Of a stretch of 64,000 nucleotides of DNA, positions 60,955 to 64,000 are shown one piece after another (within the stretch, counting starts at the first letter, position 1; each line of letters starts with the position of its first letter). The DNA is taken from contig CM060731.1 of NCBI GenBank assembly GCA_030704615.1, forward strand, positions 69,688,001 through 69,752,000, given 5' to 3'. The notes under the pieces were generated by a model. That model was not told where the DNA came from and made no database searches. It worked only from the letters and a program-made list of their open reading frames with translations. Source of the DNA: Takakia lepidozioides (taxonomy: Eukaryota; Plantae; Bryophyta). The position numbers and the translations under genes are program-made.

Positions 60955-63900
60955 AAGCGTTGGGGGCAGCAGCTTCAGCTGCTGTAGGATTCATGAGCTG
61001 TCTCTGTTCAAGAATCGGCTCCGGCATACTAGCTTCATAAATTTTCACGATCTGATCCATGCGACGAAATTGCCATGGCCACCATATGTTGTATAAAAAA
61101 TGCCCGAGGTCGTACCAATTGTCCAGGTGAATAGTTCTGCAGATCCGAAGGAAGGCAAGGTCAATACAAAGAGTTGCTGAATAAACAAGGTTTCTTTCAG
61201 TAATGGCAGGACCATCCCTCTTCATCCTCTACACCACGCAATGATGCAAAGGCTGAACTCTCCGGTAAGAGGAAAATATAAGTGGCCCGTTGGGGTGAAA
61301 GATCTGATCTAAGAGTTTTAGCCTAAGGTTGGGATAAAATCTGTGGGGGGCCTCTAACTTGGTAGTTGACTAACGGTACTTCATGCATCAGTCAGTGGGA
61401 AATAGTTGTCTACTCAAAAAGCAGCAGGAGATAGAAGAAGGATTTAAACCATCACATTATATCCCCAAATACTAAGAAAGGCAAGACTCCCTTGAGTATC
61501 GAGAACACCATTGAGATTCCTTGGCATACCATGCTCTGGATATGGGCAGCACTACATGATGAGATAGATGCACATTAGAAGGAACCATGATGTTGGTGTT
61601 TACAGTTAATTTTATCCTGTGAAGTTGTGACTGATTCCAAGGAAGATGGAAGAGGTGGGACCGAGATTGACAAGATGATAATAGTCAATTATCACATATC
61701 CTTGTACCTTCCTGCCTACCTTCAGCCAAATTCATTCATTTCCATCCAGCAGTATGTCCCTAAATCGTACGTACCTCGGCATGGTAAGGTGTGAGAGTGG
61801 TCATATTGTGTTGATTGATGGAGTAACACTTGAAAAAATTCTTCACTTTCACTGCCACCTCTGCAGCGTGAGACGTCCATGCCACCTTATGCACAGAATC
61901 TGTTAACACAGCACCCATACAAAAGTCGCTGTCAAAGAAGGTAAGAACTTTCTTGACTTCAGTGCATATCATTTCCTACCAGAAACTACCAGGAACTCAT
62001 GTGAGACCTCAAGCCAAAGCTCAATAATATTTGCACCCTAGAGTTCAGGGAATTTTCACAGTAAAATGACCATGGGTGCCAACAAGCATAGCATGCTACA
62101 TCACCTTCAAACTCTTGAGAAGTAGCTACACATTACCATAGAGCATGTAGGTAGTACATTGTTCCACACAAAAAAGAAGGGACAGAAGGGTCAGTACATG
62201 TACCTCGAAGGAATATCTTCCTCAATCGCCCATACATACCCAGCTCCTCATAGGTCATGCCCATATCAATCTCATCGGTCTGAAAAAGCAACATACATGA
62301 GAGCTGCGAGAGACGTATAGAGTTTGCACCACTGCATTGAAACATATTACATGCACCAGTTGTGAACAAATTTTTTCAGAACCAAGACTTTCTTCAGAAT
62401 GTACAGTAAGATCTGAACAGATTCAAATAACCAGGATCCTCAGCCATCATGTCCACTGCTGTTTCAATGCTTTGAATTAGGGTGACTACTTCATAACAGA
62501 TGGATCTATCAAGTTTCTGTTACAGCCAATTGATAAAAAGGGTGATATACCTGTGTGTACTTCTCTTTGATGGGCTCCAGTTTTGCTGTTGGCAGCGCAC
62601 TTTCAACTTCTGCTAGGGTTGTGAACCCAAGGTTATCAGCAACCCACCTTAACGCCTGTCCCATAACAATTTGAATGTTGTAATCCAGCAATCACCCAAA
62701 GGGTAGTGGAGCTAGGAAAAAGGAACGGTTGCATTGATGGTAGACCTTGGTGAGGTAGCCCCGAAGACCTTCATCAACATTTGCACTTCCAAGCACAAGC
62801 AGGAAACCAGGCTTACTCTGCACCCATTGCATCAGAGAAGCTAGCCTAAACGCAATCACCATGTGAATAGTTGGAACGGTTGCATTGATGGTAAGATGAA
62901 GACCTTGGTGAGGTAGCCCCGAAGACCTTCATCGACATTTGCGCTTCCAAGCACAAGCAGGAAACCAGGCGTACTCCGCACCCATTGCATGAGAGAAGCT
63001 AGCCTAGACGCAATCACCATGTGAATACGGCTTGTATGTTTTGCAAAGCTCTGTCTGTGTTCCTCCATGCACCTTATTTGCAGCCCATTGCCACCCCCAT
63101 CAGGACTTTGACTTCAAACCACATATGCATATCAAAGTAGCAACACAATTGAATCCTCTCGGGTCTGACACTCTCAAACGTGAGGTAGAAAGACACCGTT
63201 CGGTCACTCTCTGCGCAGTTTTTTAACAATAACATACTAGCACCCTCTCCAGAGAGTAAATGTATATTGTAGTTTGTGACCTCAGGTGTATATTCACTCA
63301 TACCATGTCAGAGAAAAACAACCTGATGCCAGACACAATATGGAAGGACAAAGTAGATCAACACATCTGATCGAGGTTATGGGAAACAAACAGGCTGAAG
63401 GAACTGAAAGACATATAAAAGAAACTGGTTGCTACTTTCTGTATCAGATGAAGATGGAGGGACGTGAAATACAGCTCAGAAGGCACCCGAGACAGGGCTA
63501 AGCCGTTGGCAGCAGAGATCGTTGCCTCACACTTAAAAGTCAATATTGATGTGGTCGTTAAAGCCTTGCTTGAATCACTATTTGACACTATGTTCCCTGG
63601 GAAGAAACTAAAGTACAAGGTATGGTCCTCATCTGAATGTTCAAAACATAGAGCTTTTCTGAAAAGGCGTGGACATTTTCACATATCATACTTCAAAGAG
63701 AGGGTGAGCTGAGCAGACCTATTCTCCGTGCCCATGTACACCGCATGCAGGAGTCGATATGCTTCAGCAGTTTTAGGTGCTTCATCCTTCTGATAGTTAC
63801 CAACACGATTGGCATCTGCAAGAACTTGCTTGTCGCCCTCCTTCTCCGCTGCATCAAAGTTCCAGGATAGTAAAGTAAGACTTGCACTCTTAATGTGGTA

Positions 63901-64000
63901 CTCAGGAGAACTTCATTTCCAACAGACCTGAAGAGAGTGCAGAGAGTAAAGATAACGAGCTGACACATACAGCCAACAATGGCAGCTACAGATGAGCTGT
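60955..64000 (-). pseudogene. QNS1: Glutamine-dependent NAD+ synthetase pseudogene, copy 2 (runs off the window)
   Basis: Direct paralog of 47185-50800, with an exon duplication (62720-63025), a deletion at ~62650 and an inverted exon (63464-63646). Confidence 0.9.

Overview
Intron-rich eukaryotic nuclear DNA from a land plant, probably a non-seed plant such as a bryophyte. This is inferred from the PLS-DYW PPR style, RTE-X-like LINEs and snoRNA guide variants. The left half (1-29 kb) is gene-dense. It holds a divergent calmodulin-like gene, a 5'-truncated DYW-type PPR editing factor with PPR debris, a tiny COX14-like gene, an apparently intact DHX37/DHR1 DEAH helicase, and a mitochondrial HSP70 carrying a LINE 3' end and a solo LTR in its introns. 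Head-to-head with DHX37 lies a decayed DDX52/ROK1/RH57 DEAD-box gene. After its last recognisable exon sits a cluster of three C/D-box snoRNAs: one degenerate U43/snR70-like and two duplicated copies with a conserved 25S guide, one of which also has a second guide to 18S. This looks like a protein gene turning into a non-coding snoRNA host. The right half (31-64 kb) is a heavily rearranged duplication. Four pseudogenised copies of a hinge-less GMI1/SMCHD1-like gene are arranged as two head-to-head inverted pairs (A-/B+, C-/D+). Each pair is followed by a glutamine-dependent NAD+ synthetase pseudogene. A long-TIR element sits at the centre of the first palindrome, palindromic GGGGTGACAC arrays lie in an intron and at one breakpoint, and there are LINE insertions (one with a 13-bp TSD) and a single-exon micro-inversion. 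Gene models, homologies and rRNA targets were derived by eye or from memory, and boundaries are approximate unless stated.
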